Source: an uncultured Gammaproteobacteria bacterium
GTDB lineage: Bacteria; Patescibacteriota; Microgenomatia; UBA8517
Direction of reading: 5' to 3'
DNA length: 64,000 nucleotides
Assembly (NCBI GenBank): GCA_964645605.1
Contig: CAZYCE010000004.1
Span: 3,934-67,933 of the forward strand
How positions within the stretch are numbered: position 1 is the stretch's first letter; every line of letters starts with the position of its first letter. The notes below the pieces were generated by a model. That model was not told where the DNA came from and searched no databases. It saw nothing but the letters and a program-made list of their open reading frames with translations. Positions 19,539 through 29,621 of the stretch are shown in pieces. The position numbers and the translations under genes are program-made.

Positions 19539-20486
19539 GTGATGTCAACTGGTAAAGTTGCAACAAATTCTGCAGACAAAGTATACCTTGAGCTTTTAAA
19601 AGACGTTCTCAAAAATGGAGTCAAAAGCGACGACCGGACCGGAACCGGAACGATAAAAGTTTTTGGACGGATGCTAAAGTTTGACCTCTCCCAAGGCTTT
19701 CCGCTCCTGACAACCAAAAAAGTATGGTTCCATGGTGTAAAAGAAGAACTTCTCTGGTTCATCCGCGGTGAAAGAAATTTAAGGGCCTTGGTTTTAAAAA
19801 ACGTTGGCATTTGGAACGAATGGCCGTATCAAAGATATTTAGCTGCCAACGGTTTGGAAAAAAAGTATCCTAAATATACTCCCTCGTGGGAGGAAAAAAT
19901 GAAGGAGTTCATAGAAAAAATTAAAACCGATGAAAAATTTGCTAAACGGTACGGGGACCTAGGACCTGTATATGGATACAAATGGAGAAACTGGAAAGGC
20001 GGAAACGGAAAGGAAGTTGATCAACTCGCGGTTGCCATTAAAGATATTAAAGGGAACCCTAATTCCAGAAGAATCATTGTCACGGCATGGGATCCTTCTG
20101 TTCTTGATGAAGTCGCGCTTCCTCCGTGTCACATGGAGTATCAATTCCAAGTGGTGGGGAAAAAACTCAATTGTTTTATGGTTCAAAGGTCCGTCGACAC
20201 ATTTTTAGGACTTCCTTTTAACATAGCTTCTTACGCTCTACTCACCTGCATCGTTGCAAGAGTCACTGGAAAAATTCCCGGAACATTAACAATGGCACTT
20301 GCCGATACACATATTTATTTAAACCACATAAAACAGGCAAAGGAACAAATTGCCAGAAAACCTAAGTCCCTGCCAAAACTCAGACTTAGTTCAAAACTGA
20401 AAAATATCGACCACATTGAATCTGACTGGATAAATGTCGTAGGATACGATCCGCACCCGGCCATTAAGGCACCTATTTCCGTCTAA
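19539..20486 (+). CDS. thyA: Thymidylate synthase
   Basis: DRTGTGT, ELLWF, LPPCH, QRSVD.FLGLPFNIASY. Confidence 0.97.
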   Translation: MMSTGKVATNSADKVYLELLKDVLKNGVKSDDRTGTGTIKVFGRMLKFDLSQGFPLLTTKKVWFHGVKEELLWFIRGERNLRALVLKNVGIWNEWPYQRYLAANGLEKKYPKYTPSWEEKMKEFIEKIKTDEKFAKRYGDLGPVYGYKWRNWKGGNGKEVDQLAVAIKDIKGNPNSRRIIVTAWDPSVLDEVALPPCHMEYQFQVVGKKLNCFMVQRSVDTFLGLPFNIASYALLTCIVARVTGKIPGTLTMALADTHIYLNHIKQAKEQIARKPKSLPKLRLSSKLKNIDHIESDWINVVGYDPHPAIKAPISV

Positions 20487-20968
20487 TGAAAATTTCTATA
20501 ATAGTGGCCGTTTCAAAAAATAATGTTATCGGACAAGGCAAAAAACTTCTCTGGCACATATCTCCCGATATGAAACATTTCAGAAAAATTACGATGGGTC
20601 ACCATATATTGATGGGAAAAACCACCTTTGAATCGATCGGTATGCCACTCCCTGGAAGAACAAATATTATTCTTTCATCAGATAGAGACTTTAAAGTTCC
20701 CGGCGCTTTTGTATTCCAAAATGAAGAAGATGCAATAAAGTTTGCAAAAAAAAGGGGTGAAGAAGAACTTATGATTATCGGGGGCGGGACTATTTATAAA
20801 CTGTTCTTCCCCAGCGTCGACAAGATATACTTAACCAAGGTCTTGAAAGAATATAAAGGTGATGTCAAATTCCCGAAAATTGATATGGAGGACTGGCAGG
20901 TATCCACAAAAGAACCGCACCCAGAGAGCGACCCACCTTTTGAGTTCATAGAACTTGCAAGAAAATGA
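20486..20968 (+). CDS. folA: Dihydrofolate reductase
   Basis: LLWH..DMKHF, MGKTTFES, LPGR.NI, IGGG. Confidence 0.95.
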   Translation: MKISIIVAVSKNNVIGQGKKLLWHISPDMKHFRKITMGHHILMGKTTFESIGMPLPGRTNIILSSDRDFKVPGAFVFQNEEDAIKFAKKRGEEELMIIGGGTIYKLFFPSVDKIYLTKVLKEYKGDVKFPKIDMEDWQVSTKEPHPESDPPFEFIELARK

Positions 20969-21306
20969 TTATCTATTGTCTCCGTCTCCATGAAGTTTGC
21001 CGCGTACTTTTCTTGAGGCAAGTTTTTCCAAATTTCCGGCTGCCACATCCGAGAATTTTATCCCGAGCTCTTTCGAAAGCTGAGCCAAATACCAAAGCAC
21101 ATCGCCCAGCTCTTTTTTAATTTCTTCCCTTTTTTCGGAAGTTAACTTTCCGCCTTCGTCCCTAAAAACCTTTTTTATTTTCTCGGAAACTTCACCAGTT
21201 TCTCCCTGAAGACCCAAAAGCGGGTAAACAAATTTTCTCCGACTTTAGGATAGACGGCAGTCTTCCCACACTCCTCTTGATATTTATCAAAATCTGAAAA
21301 AGACAT
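20969..21306 (-). pseudogene. MazG-like NTP pyrophosphohydrolase split by a -1 frameshift near 21229..21235
   Basis: MSFSDFDKYQ..KTAVYP in one frame and YPLLGLQGETGEV..KELGDVLWY in another. Confidence 0.75.
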
Positions 21307-21311
21307 AACAG

Positions 21312-21410
21312 TTTCAAGGATACCACGAATCTTTAATTCGTGGAGGAATTGAACCTGAAATATCATCCTTCCTCAGGGAAAACCGTAAACTTTGGTTTAC
21401 GGAGGATGTT
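21312..21410. mobile_element. Two directly repeated IS200/IS605-end-like hairpins (PATE-like mini element)
   Basis: CCACGAAT-CTTTA-ATTCGTGG and CCGTAAAC-TTTG-GTTTACGG, each followed by AGGA. Confidence 0.45.
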
Positions 21411-21448
21411 ATTGCAAAAGATTCTAACACATATATATTAATTACTAA

Positions 21449-22000
21449 ATGTTAACCATCGGCATTACCGGAACAATTGGCGCCGGCAAAGGAACTGTTG
21501 TTGATTACCTCGTTAGTCAAAAAGGGTTCAAACATTACTCAGTATCCGGGTATTTGATGGAGGAACTTCTCAAACAGAAGAGATCAACCGACAGAAATGG
21601 TATGCGGGAAATTGCCAATGAAATCAGAACCAAATTCGGTCCAGATTACATAACTAAAATTCTATTTGATAAGGCACAGAACGAAGGTAGCAATGCTATT
21701 ATCGAAAGTATAAGGAATCCAAAAGAAGCAGAATTTATTAAAAATCACGGAGGTTTTCTTTTGGCAGTCGATGCCGATCAAAAATTAAGATTTGAAAGAA
21801 TTTGCTCCCGCGGATCAGGAAAAGACAATGTCTCTTTTGAGGAATTTAAGAAGCAGGAAGAGTTGGAATCCAAAACCACCGACCCCAATACACAAAATCT
21901 TCCGAAATGCATATTGATGGCGGATTATAAATTTGATAACAATGGTTCTATAAAAGATTTATATGAACAAGTCGAAAAAGTCATCAAAAAAATCAGCTAA
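21449..22000 (+). CDS. P-loop kinase, dephospho-CoA/adenylate kinase-like
   Basis: GITGTIGAGKGT, IESIRNP.E, RFERI..R. Confidence 0.8.
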   Translation: MLTIGITGTIGAGKGTVVDYLVSQKGFKHYSVSGYLMEELLKQKRSTDRNGMREIANEIRTKFGPDYITKILFDKAQNEGSNAIIESIRNPKEAEFIKNHGGFLLAVDADQKLRFERICSRGSGKDNVSFEEFKKQEELESKTTDPNTQNLPKCILMADYKFDNNGSIKDLYEQVEKVIKKIS

Positions 22001-22493
22001 AAAATATATCGACGGCCGACCTTCATGGGACGATTATTTCACTGATATTGTTAAAGCTGTATCAACCCGCGGCACATGCGACCGGGGTCATGCGGCTTGC
22101 GTATTCGTTAAAGAAAAACAAATTTTAGTCACGGGCTATGCCGGATCACCCGCAGGCTTTCCCCACTGCGATGAAGTCGGACATGATCTAAGAAAAACTT
22201 TAAACGACGACGGAAGCATCTCCTTACACTGCGTCCGTACAGTGCATGCCGAACAAAATGCAATATGCCAGGCCGCAAAACGCGGAGTTGCGATTGGCGG
22301 GGCTACGGTTTACGTAAACATGACGCCTTGCAGAACATGTGCAATGCTTCTCATCAACTCAGGCGTCGAAAGGGTTTACGCCGAAAGAAAATATTACGCA
22401 GGAAAGGAAACCGAACAAATGTTTAAAAAGGCCGGCATAAAACTTGATTACAAATACAAAGAGGTGGTTAAATACAAAGATCAAAAATCCTAA
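21963..22493 (+). CDS. dCMP deaminase (ComEB family)
   Basis: RPSWDDYF, HAEQNAI, PCRTC. Confidence 0.92.
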   Translation: MNKSKKSSKKSAKKYIDGRPSWDDYFTDIVKAVSTRGTCDRGHAACVFVKEKQILVTGYAGSPAGFPHCDEVGHDLRKTLNDDGSISLHCVRTVHAEQNAICQAAKRGVAIGGATVYVNMTPCRTCAMLLINSGVERVYAERKYYAGKETEQMFKKAGIKLDYKYKEVVKYKDQKS

Positions 22494-24439
22494 CTTTGTT
22501 TCTCTTCTTTTTTAGGGCTTCTCCAACTTGCCCACTTACACTCCGGATATCTTGAGCACCCAAAGAAGTTTCTGCCTTTTCCCGTCTTTTTTACAATTAC
22601 ATCTCCAACTTTACACTCGGGGCATTTTACTCCAAGTTTTTCCAAATATTTTTCCGTATGTTTACAATCCGGGAATCTCGAGCAGGATATAAATTTACCA
22701 AACCTTCCAATTCTTATAACAAGTTCTCCCTTTTTACATTCGGGACATTTTTTTCCTAATTTTTCAACCTCAATTTTTACTCTTTTAGCTTCTTTATCAA
22801 CTATTTTAAGCTTACTCGCAAAGGGTTTATAAAAACCGTTTATTACTTCTTTCCATTCACCTTCTCCGTTGGCAATTTTATCAAGACCACTCTCCATGTC
22901 GGCAGTAAATTTATATTCAAAAACATTGGGAAAATTAGTAATCAAAAAGTCATTTACCGCTTCACCCACAGTCGTCGGAGCAAACTTACCTTCTGACTTT
23001 TCAACATAGTTTCTGATCTGTATGGTGGAAATAGTCGGCGCATAAGTTGAAGGTCTGCCTATTCCCAATTTCTCCAAAGTCTTAATGAGAGAGGCCTCGT
23101 TATACCTTGCAGGGGCTTGGGTGAATTTCTGTTCTCCCCAAGTTTTGATAAGTTTTAACTCTTCGTCTTTCGAAACCTCGGGAAGTCTAACTGCCTCCTC
23201 TGTCTCAAGTCTTGCCGGAATAACTTTTCTCCAACCGTCAAACTTCATTATTTGTCCTCCAGCTCTAAGTAAGTACTTTGTACCGGCTTCTACATCAATT
23301 ATTGTTTCGTCATACAAACTCGGGTTCATCTGACAAGCAACAAATCTTGACCAAATAAGTTTATAAAGCGTTTCTTCATCGTGTCCCCATTTACCTCCTG
23401 ACGCCTCAAATTTATGATTTACATTGGTCGGCCTGATTGCCTCATGCGCCTCTTGAGCGACTTTTGATTGGGTTTTATAAAACCTGGGTGAAGCCGGTAA
23501 ATATGTCTCACCAAACTCTTTACCTATGTATTTTCTGGCAGCATCAACTGCCTGTTTAGAAAGATTGAAAGAATCTGTCCTATGGTAAGTGATAAGACCC
23601 TCCTCATAGAGTTTCTGGGCTATAGACATTGTCCTTTTTGATGACCAGCCAAAAATTCTTGCTCCCGCCTGCGTCATAGTGGATGTTGTAAATGGGGGGT
23701 AAGGATTTTTTAAAACTTCTTTTTTTCTGACATCAAAAACCGTATATTTGGCCTTCTCCAAATCTGAAATAATTTTATCCGCATCTTTTTTGTTTTTGAC
23801 TACAGCAGTTTTTCCGTCAACTTTGACAAGTTGGACAGTAAACTCACCCGTATTCCTAACCTTAGAGAATATTTCCCAATATTCGTCGGCCTTAAATGCC
23901 TTAATCTCACGTTCTCTTTCCACAATCAGGCGGACGGCAACCGATTGGACTCTACCTGCAGAAAGACCGCGTCTGACTTTCTTCCACAATAACGGTGAAA
24001 GTTTATAACCTACCAGTCTATCCAGTACCCTTCTGGCAATCTGGGCATTAACTAAATGCTTGTCGATCTCTCTGGGGCTTTTGATAGCCTCTTCAACTGC
24101 ATCCTTTGTAATTTCATGAAAAGCGATGCGTTTTATTTTGGAATCCGCTTTTAAAACTTCGGCAACATGCTGGGCAATTGCCTCCCCCTCACGGTCAGGG
24201 TCGGTTGCCAAATAAATTACCTCCGCCTTTTTGCCGTTTGTCTTCAGGCTTTTGATAATATCTTTTTTCTTCGGAATATCGGTAAAGTCAGGTTTGAAAC
24301 CATTTTCCACATCAATTCCCAATTTGCTTTTTGGCAAGTCTTTAATGTGTCCGGCAGTTGCCTCTACGGCGTATTTACTTCCTAAAAATCTTCCCAAAGT
24401 TCTGGCCTTGGTCGGAGACTCAACTATAATTAATTGCAT
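22490..24439 (-). CDS. topA: DNA topoisomerase I
   Basis: IVESPTKA, ATDPDREGE, SAGRVQS, ITYHRTDS, zinc ribbons. Confidence 0.97.
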   Translation of the reverse strand: MQLIIVESPTKARTLGRFLGSKYAVEATAGHIKDLPKSKLGIDVENGFKPDFTDIPKKKDIIKSLKTNGKKAEVIYLATDPDREGEAIAQHVAEVLKADSKIKRIAFHEITKDAVEEAIKSPREIDKHLVNAQIARRVLDRLVGYKLSPLLWKKVRRGLSAGRVQSVAVRLIVEREREIKAFKADEYWEIFSKVRNTGEFTVQLVKVDGKTAVVKNKKDADKIISDLEKAKYTVFDVRKKEVLKNPYPPFTTSTMTQAGARIFGWSSKRTMSIAQKLYEEGLITYHRTDSFNLSKQAVDAARKYIGKEFGETYLPASPRFYKTQSKVAQEAHEAIRPTNVNHKFEASGGKWGHDEETLYKLIWSRFVACQMNPSLYDETIIDVEAGTKYLLRAGGQIMKFDGWRKVIPARLETEEAVRLPEVSKDEELKLIKTWGEQKFTQAPARYNEASLIKTLEKLGIGRPSTYAPTISTIQIRNYVEKSEGKFAPTTVGEAVNDFLITNFPNVFEYKFTADMESGLDKIANGEGEWKEVINGFYKPFASKLKIVDKEAKRVKIEVEKLGKKCPECKKGELVIRIGRFGKFISCSRFPDCKHTEKYLEKLGVKCPECKVGDVIVKKTGKGRNFFGCSRYPECKWASWRSPKKEEKQS

Positions 24440-24720
24440 TTTTTGTATTTTCCTTCCCTTAAATTTTTAACCAACCCTTTCATTTCCATGATTGTCAGTC
24501 TAGCAGAAATTTCAGGAGTTTTGTTACCTGTTATTCTAACAAGCCCGTCAAGATATAGGGCTTTATTCTCCAAAAGGTCTATTGTTTTTGTCTCCTCGAG
24601 CCCGGTTGGCAAGATATTTTCCATTCTTTCCTTATCGACTTTCAGATCCGTATCCATTTCATCCACGATGTTTTTAACTCTATTGCCATTTTTGCCCCGT
24701 TTTTGAGCAAAAAGAAAGGT
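24430..24720 (-). pseudogene. dprA: DprA remnant (C-terminal end and winged helix only)
   Basis: FLLKNGAKMA in a shifted frame, then L..MEMKGLVK...G.Y; dprA-topA synteny. Confidence 0.7.
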
Positions 24721-24734
24721 CTACCCAGAAAGAG

Positions 24735-26369
24735 TTAGTTTGCAAACGAGGCAAAATAAAAATCCGCAATTTTACGGGCGATGGGGCCGGCAACAGAAGA
24801 ACCCTCTCCTCCCTTTTCAACCAAGACAGTTGCGATAATTTGCGGTTTTTCTGCCGGAGCAAAAAAGGTAAACCATGCATGGGGGATTCCGTCCGTGCCC
24901 ACCTCGGCAGTTCCGGTTTTACAGGCAACATTGATCCCCTCATGCTTCCCAGCAAAATCAAAAAAGGTAAAAGCCGTCCCCCCTTGACTACACGCCTGGC
25001 TCATTCCTTCCTTAACCAAATCAAGGTTGGTTTGCGAAACGTTTATTTTACGGCATACCGGATTTTTATCCATATTAAATCTTGGTTGACAAAGACTTCC
25101 CCCAGCGGCAATGGCCGAAATATACGTATTTATTTCAATAGGAGTCACTGAAACATCGCCCTGACCGATCGACATGTGATAGGTGTTTCCCAAAAACCAT
25201 GATTCGTTTTTTGTTTGCTCTTTCCACTCAGGGGTTGGAATCAAGCCCTTTACTTCCCCCGGAATGTCTATTCCCGTTTCCCGGTTTAAACCGAATAGGT
25301 CCGCCCATTTTGCGATTTTATCAGGACCAACCATTTGGCCAATGGTATAGAAAAAGGTGTCCGTTGATCTGGCAATAGCTTTTGTAAGTCCGATAGCCCC
25401 CTCCGTCCTTCCGTATTCGGTGAAGTACCAATTATTGTATGAATAATCTCCGACTGTAATCACACCCTGATCTGTATATATGAAATTTTTATCAATTGCC
25501 CCTTCTTCAAGTGCTGAAATTGCAACCACCGGTTTAAAAACAGACCCGGGATGAAACGTTCCGCTAATAACCCTATTGAAAAACGGCAAGTTTTCATCAG
25601 TTAATAGAGAGCTGATTTGCTCACTATTGCCTTTCTTTATAAAAATATTCGGGTCAAAGCTTGGATAAGAATATAGAGCCAGAATCTGCCCGGTAACGTC
25701 AGTAACTATCACAGCACCTTTCTTGCCGGCCATTTGGGACGCAATTTCACCTTGAATTCCCAAATCTATTGATGTCCGCAAATCCCGGCCCGGAACTGGA
25801 TCTTTTTTACCAAGAATTCTTACTTTATGGCCTTCGGCATCCACCTCGATAATGCTTTCACCTGAGGTTCCGGACAGAAGACATTCATAAGATTCCTCAA
25901 GGCCTGTTTTGCCAACCATTGCATCGGAAGCTCTCGGTCCCTTTTCGGGACAGTCTGAATTTATCTTGCCTATTTCATCTTCGTTAACCTTAGCTAAATA
26001 TCCCAAAGCATGTGAGAATTTATCTTCCATGGGGTAATAACGTTCAAAATCCGTCACAATTTCTTCTTCTGTTGCCCCTGTTAGGTCTTCAGAAAGAATA
26101 AAGCCGTTTGATTCTGTAAATACTATCCGCTTTTTAACCTCAGTGTTTCCGGCCAGAATTTCGCCTCCTTTCGCCAAAATTCTGCCGCGAGGCGCCGGGA
26201 TCGTAACCCGTCTTATCCTATTTTCCTCAGAAAGATTTCTGAAATAATTTCCTTTAATAATTTGAACTTCAAATAACTTCGCACCGAGAATTAAAAAAAC
26301 AAGTATCAGAACTCCTCTCAAAAACCAAGAAAGCCACGACTGCGAATCGGCGGAAGATAAAGAATGCAT
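24735..26369 (-). CDS. mrdA: Penicillin-binding protein 2
   Basis: APRGRI, PGSVFK, STD, KTGTAE. Confidence 0.93.
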   Translation of the reverse strand: MHSLSSADSQSWLSWFLRGVLILVFLILGAKLFEVQIIKGNYFRNLSEENRIRRVTIPAPRGRILAKGGEILAGNTEVKKRIVFTESNGFILSEDLTGATEEEIVTDFERYYPMEDKFSHALGYLAKVNEDEIGKINSDCPEKGPRASDAMVGKTGLEESYECLLSGTSGESIIEVDAEGHKVRILGKKDPVPGRDLRTSIDLGIQGEIASQMAGKKGAVIVTDVTGQILALYSYPSFDPNIFIKKGNSEQISSLLTDENLPFFNRVISGTFHPGSVFKPVVAISALEEGAIDKNFIYTDQGVITVGDYSYNNWYFTEYGRTEGAIGLTKAIARSTDTFFYTIGQMVGPDKIAKWADLFGLNRETGIDIPGEVKGLIPTPEWKEQTKNESWFLGNTYHMSIGQGDVSVTPIEINTYISAIAAGGSLCQPRFNMDKNPVCRKINVSQTNLDLVKEGMSQACSQGGTAFTFFDFAGKHEGINVACKTGTAEVGTDGIPHAWFTFFAPAEKPQIIATVLVEKGGEGSSVAGPIARKIADFYFASFAN

Positions 26370-26376
26370 TTTACAA

Positions 26377-27432
26377 TTATAGCCCTTTTGTAACCCTTAT
26401 CTTTTTCAAAAGACTGTTGTCTTCAAGACATTTTCCACATCCGCGGACAACGCAGGTTAATGGATCATCGGCGATCCATACGGGCATTTTTGCGGCTTCG
26501 GAGATGGCTTTATCTATACCACTAATTAAAGATCCGCCCCCCGCAAGAACTATACCCTTTTCCATGATATCGCTGGTCAACTCCGGAGGGGTTTCTTCAA
26601 GGGTATCAACAATACTGCCTATAATTTCCTGAAGGATGGGACTTAACGCCTCCTGAACCTCTTCACTGGTTAATTTAATTGATTTTGGAAGCCCGGTCTC
26701 TAAATCTCTACCGCGGACTACCGCAAACTTCTGCTCTGAGACCTTGACTCCTCCGATCCCTATTTTTACCGATTCAGCCGTGGGTTGACCCAAAAGGAGT
26801 GAGTATTTGAGCCTTACATAATTAACAATCGCTTCATCCATTTCGTCTCCGGCAATCCTTATACTCCTGCCAAGCACAATTCCCCCCAAAGAAATTACGG
26901 CAATTTCGCTGGTTCCGCCGCCAATATCTACAATAAAATTGCCCTCCGGACCTTCTATGGGAAGACCCGCCCCGATCGCCGCCGCCATTGGTTCTTCAAT
27001 CAAATTTGCCTCCCTGGCACCAGCATCGAGTGCCGCCTCCGCAACGGCTCTTCTCTCTACTTCTGTAACTCCGGATGGGATCCCAATTACTACTTTTGGT
27101 CGCGGAATTTGGGGAAAAGTACTCCCTGTTTCATGAACTTTTTTAATATAATGGGAAAGCATGGCGGCTGTGGCATCAAAATCGGCAATTACACCATCCC
27201 TAAGGGGTCTTATAACATCGATTGATGCGGGAGCTCTTCCCACCATTTTTTTGGCCGACATACCGATTGCTAAAATTTCCTTCGTTTTTTTGTGTCTGGC
27301 AACAGCCGAAGGTTCTCTTATTACAACTCCTTTTCCGCGCACATACACCAAAGTATTTGCCGTTCCCAAGTCGATTCCAATATCGTGAGAGAACATTCCA
27401 AGGAGTCCGTCGATTGGGTTTATAAATTTCAT
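26377..27432 (-). CDS. mreB: Rod shape-determining protein MreB
   Basis: IDLGTAN, EEPMAAAIG, DIGGGT. Confidence 0.96.
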   Translation of the reverse strand: MKFINPIDGLLGMFSHDIGIDLGTANTLVYVRGKGVVIREPSAVARHKKTKEILAIGMSAKKMVGRAPASIDVIRPLRDGVIADFDATAAMLSHYIKKVHETGSTFPQIPRPKVVIGIPSGVTEVERRAVAEAALDAGAREANLIEEPMAAAIGAGLPIEGPEGNFIVDIGGGTSEIAVISLGGIVLGRSIRIAGDEMDEAIVNYVRLKYSLLLGQPTAESVKIGIGGVKVSEQKFAVVRGRDLETGLPKSIKLTSEEVQEALSPILQEIIGSIVDTLEETPPELTSDIMEKGIVLAGGGSLISGIDKAISEAAKMPVWIADDPLTCVVRGCGKCLEDNSLLKKIRVTKGL

Positions 27433-27514
27433 AATATTATAGTTGCAACAGGAGTATAGCTATTTGCCAAAAAGATGCAAAGGGTCAGTCCGTACATGTG
27501 CTACAATTTGTATT

Positions 27515-29596
27515 GTGAAATCACTTCAAAAAACAATCCAGATATTATTCGGCGTTTTATTGTTTCTTGTTCCTTTAGTTTTATGGCCTTTTACTTCTGA
27601 GCTTTTTGAGTTCAATAAAATGATTCTTGTTTATCTGATTACAGTAGCCATCGTTTTTGTTTGGGGTGCCAGAATGATATACGAGAAAAAATTTATCTTT
27701 CGTCGCACAATACTAGATATCCCGTTCATAGTCTTTCTGGGATCCCAGCTAATTTCTACTCTGCTTTCGATCGATCCTCTAACTTCCTGGCTCGGATATT
27801 ATTCCAGATTCAATGGCGGACTTCTCTCATCAATCTGCTACATACTTCTATATTGGGCTTTTGTATCAAACATCGACCGGAGAGGGGTTATAAAGCTTAT
27901 CAAAACAACTTTAGTTTCTGCCGTAATTGTTTCTATCTACGGAGTTTTGGAACGTCTCGGAATTGATAAAAATATTTGGCAACAGGATGTTCAGCACAGG
28001 GTCTTCTCTACTCTTGGGCAACCAAATTGGCTTTCCGCCTGGCTGGTAGCCCTAATTCCCTTATCCTGGGCATTTATGCCTAAAGGAGACGAAAAAATTA
28101 CCAAACAAAATGCTTTTGGTTATATTCTTCCCTATTTTTTAAGCTTTCTTTTCTTTACCACCATCCTTTTTACGGGCTCACGTTCAGGACTCCTTGGCTT
28201 TGCGGTAGCTGATCTTTGTTTCTGGGCAATGGCATTTTGGAAATATAAAAGTAGGTCGCTTAAACCTTTCCTTATATCCAATTCCCTTGCCGTTGTGGCA
28301 ATCTTACTTTTTGGCACCCAATGGATAGGAAGTTTGATTGCCGGCAACCAGATACCTATTATTTCCAAGCTATTCACTAAATCCCAAACAACAAATGCCA
28401 TAGCTACTCAAGCCGGTGGTACGGCTTTGGAAAACGGCGGTACGGAGTCGGGAGAAATCCGTAAAATTGTCTGGCAAGGGGCTATCGATATCTGGAAAAA
28501 CTACCCGATTTTTGGAACTGGTGTGGAAACTTTTGCATATTCTTACTACCTCTTTCGTCCCGCTGCCCACAATATGACTTCCGAGTGGGATTTCATTTAC
28601 AACAAAGCTCATAATGAATATCTTAATTTCATGGCTAATACCGGAACTTTCGGGATACTAGCCTATCTTGCCATGATTGGTTTTGCGCTTTATTTAATGG
28701 TTAGGGGTTTTTGGATCGACTCCGGCAAATCAGAAAATGGCCACACCCTAATTTCCGCCGCATTTATTTCGGGATACCTGTCAATTCTGGTTACAAACTA
28801 TTTTGGATTTTCGGTTGTGCCAATACAAATTCTTTTCTTTCTCTATCCTGCCTTTTCAAACACTCTCGACAGGGAAAACCTCACCACAGATCAACAGAAG
28901 GTAAGGCTTAACGGCCACCAAAAGTTTGGCATAATCACACTTTTATCCTTTAGTATCTTTCTTCTTTTTACGATCTGCCGATATTGGTATGCGGACGTCC
29001 TTTATGCAAGTGGATTAAATTACAACAGAGCAAATAGGCAGGATCTGGCATTACCGTATTTGGAGAAAGCAACAAAACTTGAACCGAAACAGCCGCTGTT
29101 TTATTCAGAAATTTCGAGATCATACACAGCCCTCGCCCTTGCTTACTCGGAGGCAAATCAGGCAACCGTCTCCGCACAACTAGCCGAATTGGCTATTAAT
29201 AATTCCATCAAATCCGTTGATCTTTCTCCCGCCAACGTAAATTTTAAAAGAGTTGAATTTGGGGTTTTCATAATGCTCGCCTCAACTGACCCCAATTATC
29301 TTTTAGATGCAAGAGACGTGCTAATTACAGCAATTAAGCAGGCCCCAACCGACGCGAAAATATTTTACAATCTAGGTCTTACCTATATCCGGCTTGGACA
29401 AAACGATCTAGCCATGGAAACACTTAAAAAAACAGTTGACCTTAAACCAAACTACGCGGATGCCCGGCTCGCCTATGCAGCTCTTTTAGCTAATGAGGGG
29501 GAAGCCTCCTCTGCGCGTGAACAGGCTGAATATGTCCTTAAGTATATAGACCCCAAAAACCCCCAAGCAAAACAGTTTTTGGAAAATTCCAACTAG
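27515..29596 (+). CDS. O-antigen ligase-like membrane protein with TPR tail
   Basis: Many TM helices, STLGQPN, SRSG, GTGVETF, AHNEY, TPR repeats; start uncertain. Confidence 0.88.
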   Translation: MKSLQKTIQILFGVLLFLVPLVLWPFTSELFEFNKMILVYLITVAIVFVWGARMIYEKKFIFRRTILDIPFIVFLGSQLISTLLSIDPLTSWLGYYSRFNGGLLSSICYILLYWAFVSNIDRRGVIKLIKTTLVSAVIVSIYGVLERLGIDKNIWQQDVQHRVFSTLGQPNWLSAWLVALIPLSWAFMPKGDEKITKQNAFGYILPYFLSFLFFTTILFTGSRSGLLGFAVADLCFWAMAFWKYKSRSLKPFLISNSLAVVAILLFGTQWIGSLIAGNQIPIISKLFTKSQTTNAIATQAGGTALENGGTESGEIRKIVWQGAIDIWKNYPIFGTGVETFAYSYYLFRPAAHNMTSEWDFIYNKAHNEYLNFMANTGTFGILAYLAMIGFALYLMVRGFWIDSGKSENGHTLISAAFISGYLSILVTNYFGFSVVPIQILFFLYPAFSNTLDRENLTTDQQKVRLNGHQKFGIITLLSFSIFLLFTICRYWYADVLYASGLNYNRANRQDLALPYLEKATKLEPKQPLFYSEISRSYTALALAYSEANQATVSAQLAELAINNSIKSVDLSPANVNFKRVEFGVFIMLASTDPNYLLDARDVLITAIKQAPTDAKIFYNLGLTYIRLGQNDLAMETLKKTVDLKPNYADARLAYAALLANEGEASSAREQAEYVLKYIDPKNPQAKQFLENSN

Positions 29597-29621
29597 CCCG
29601 ATTTTTTGGTATAATCTGAGC

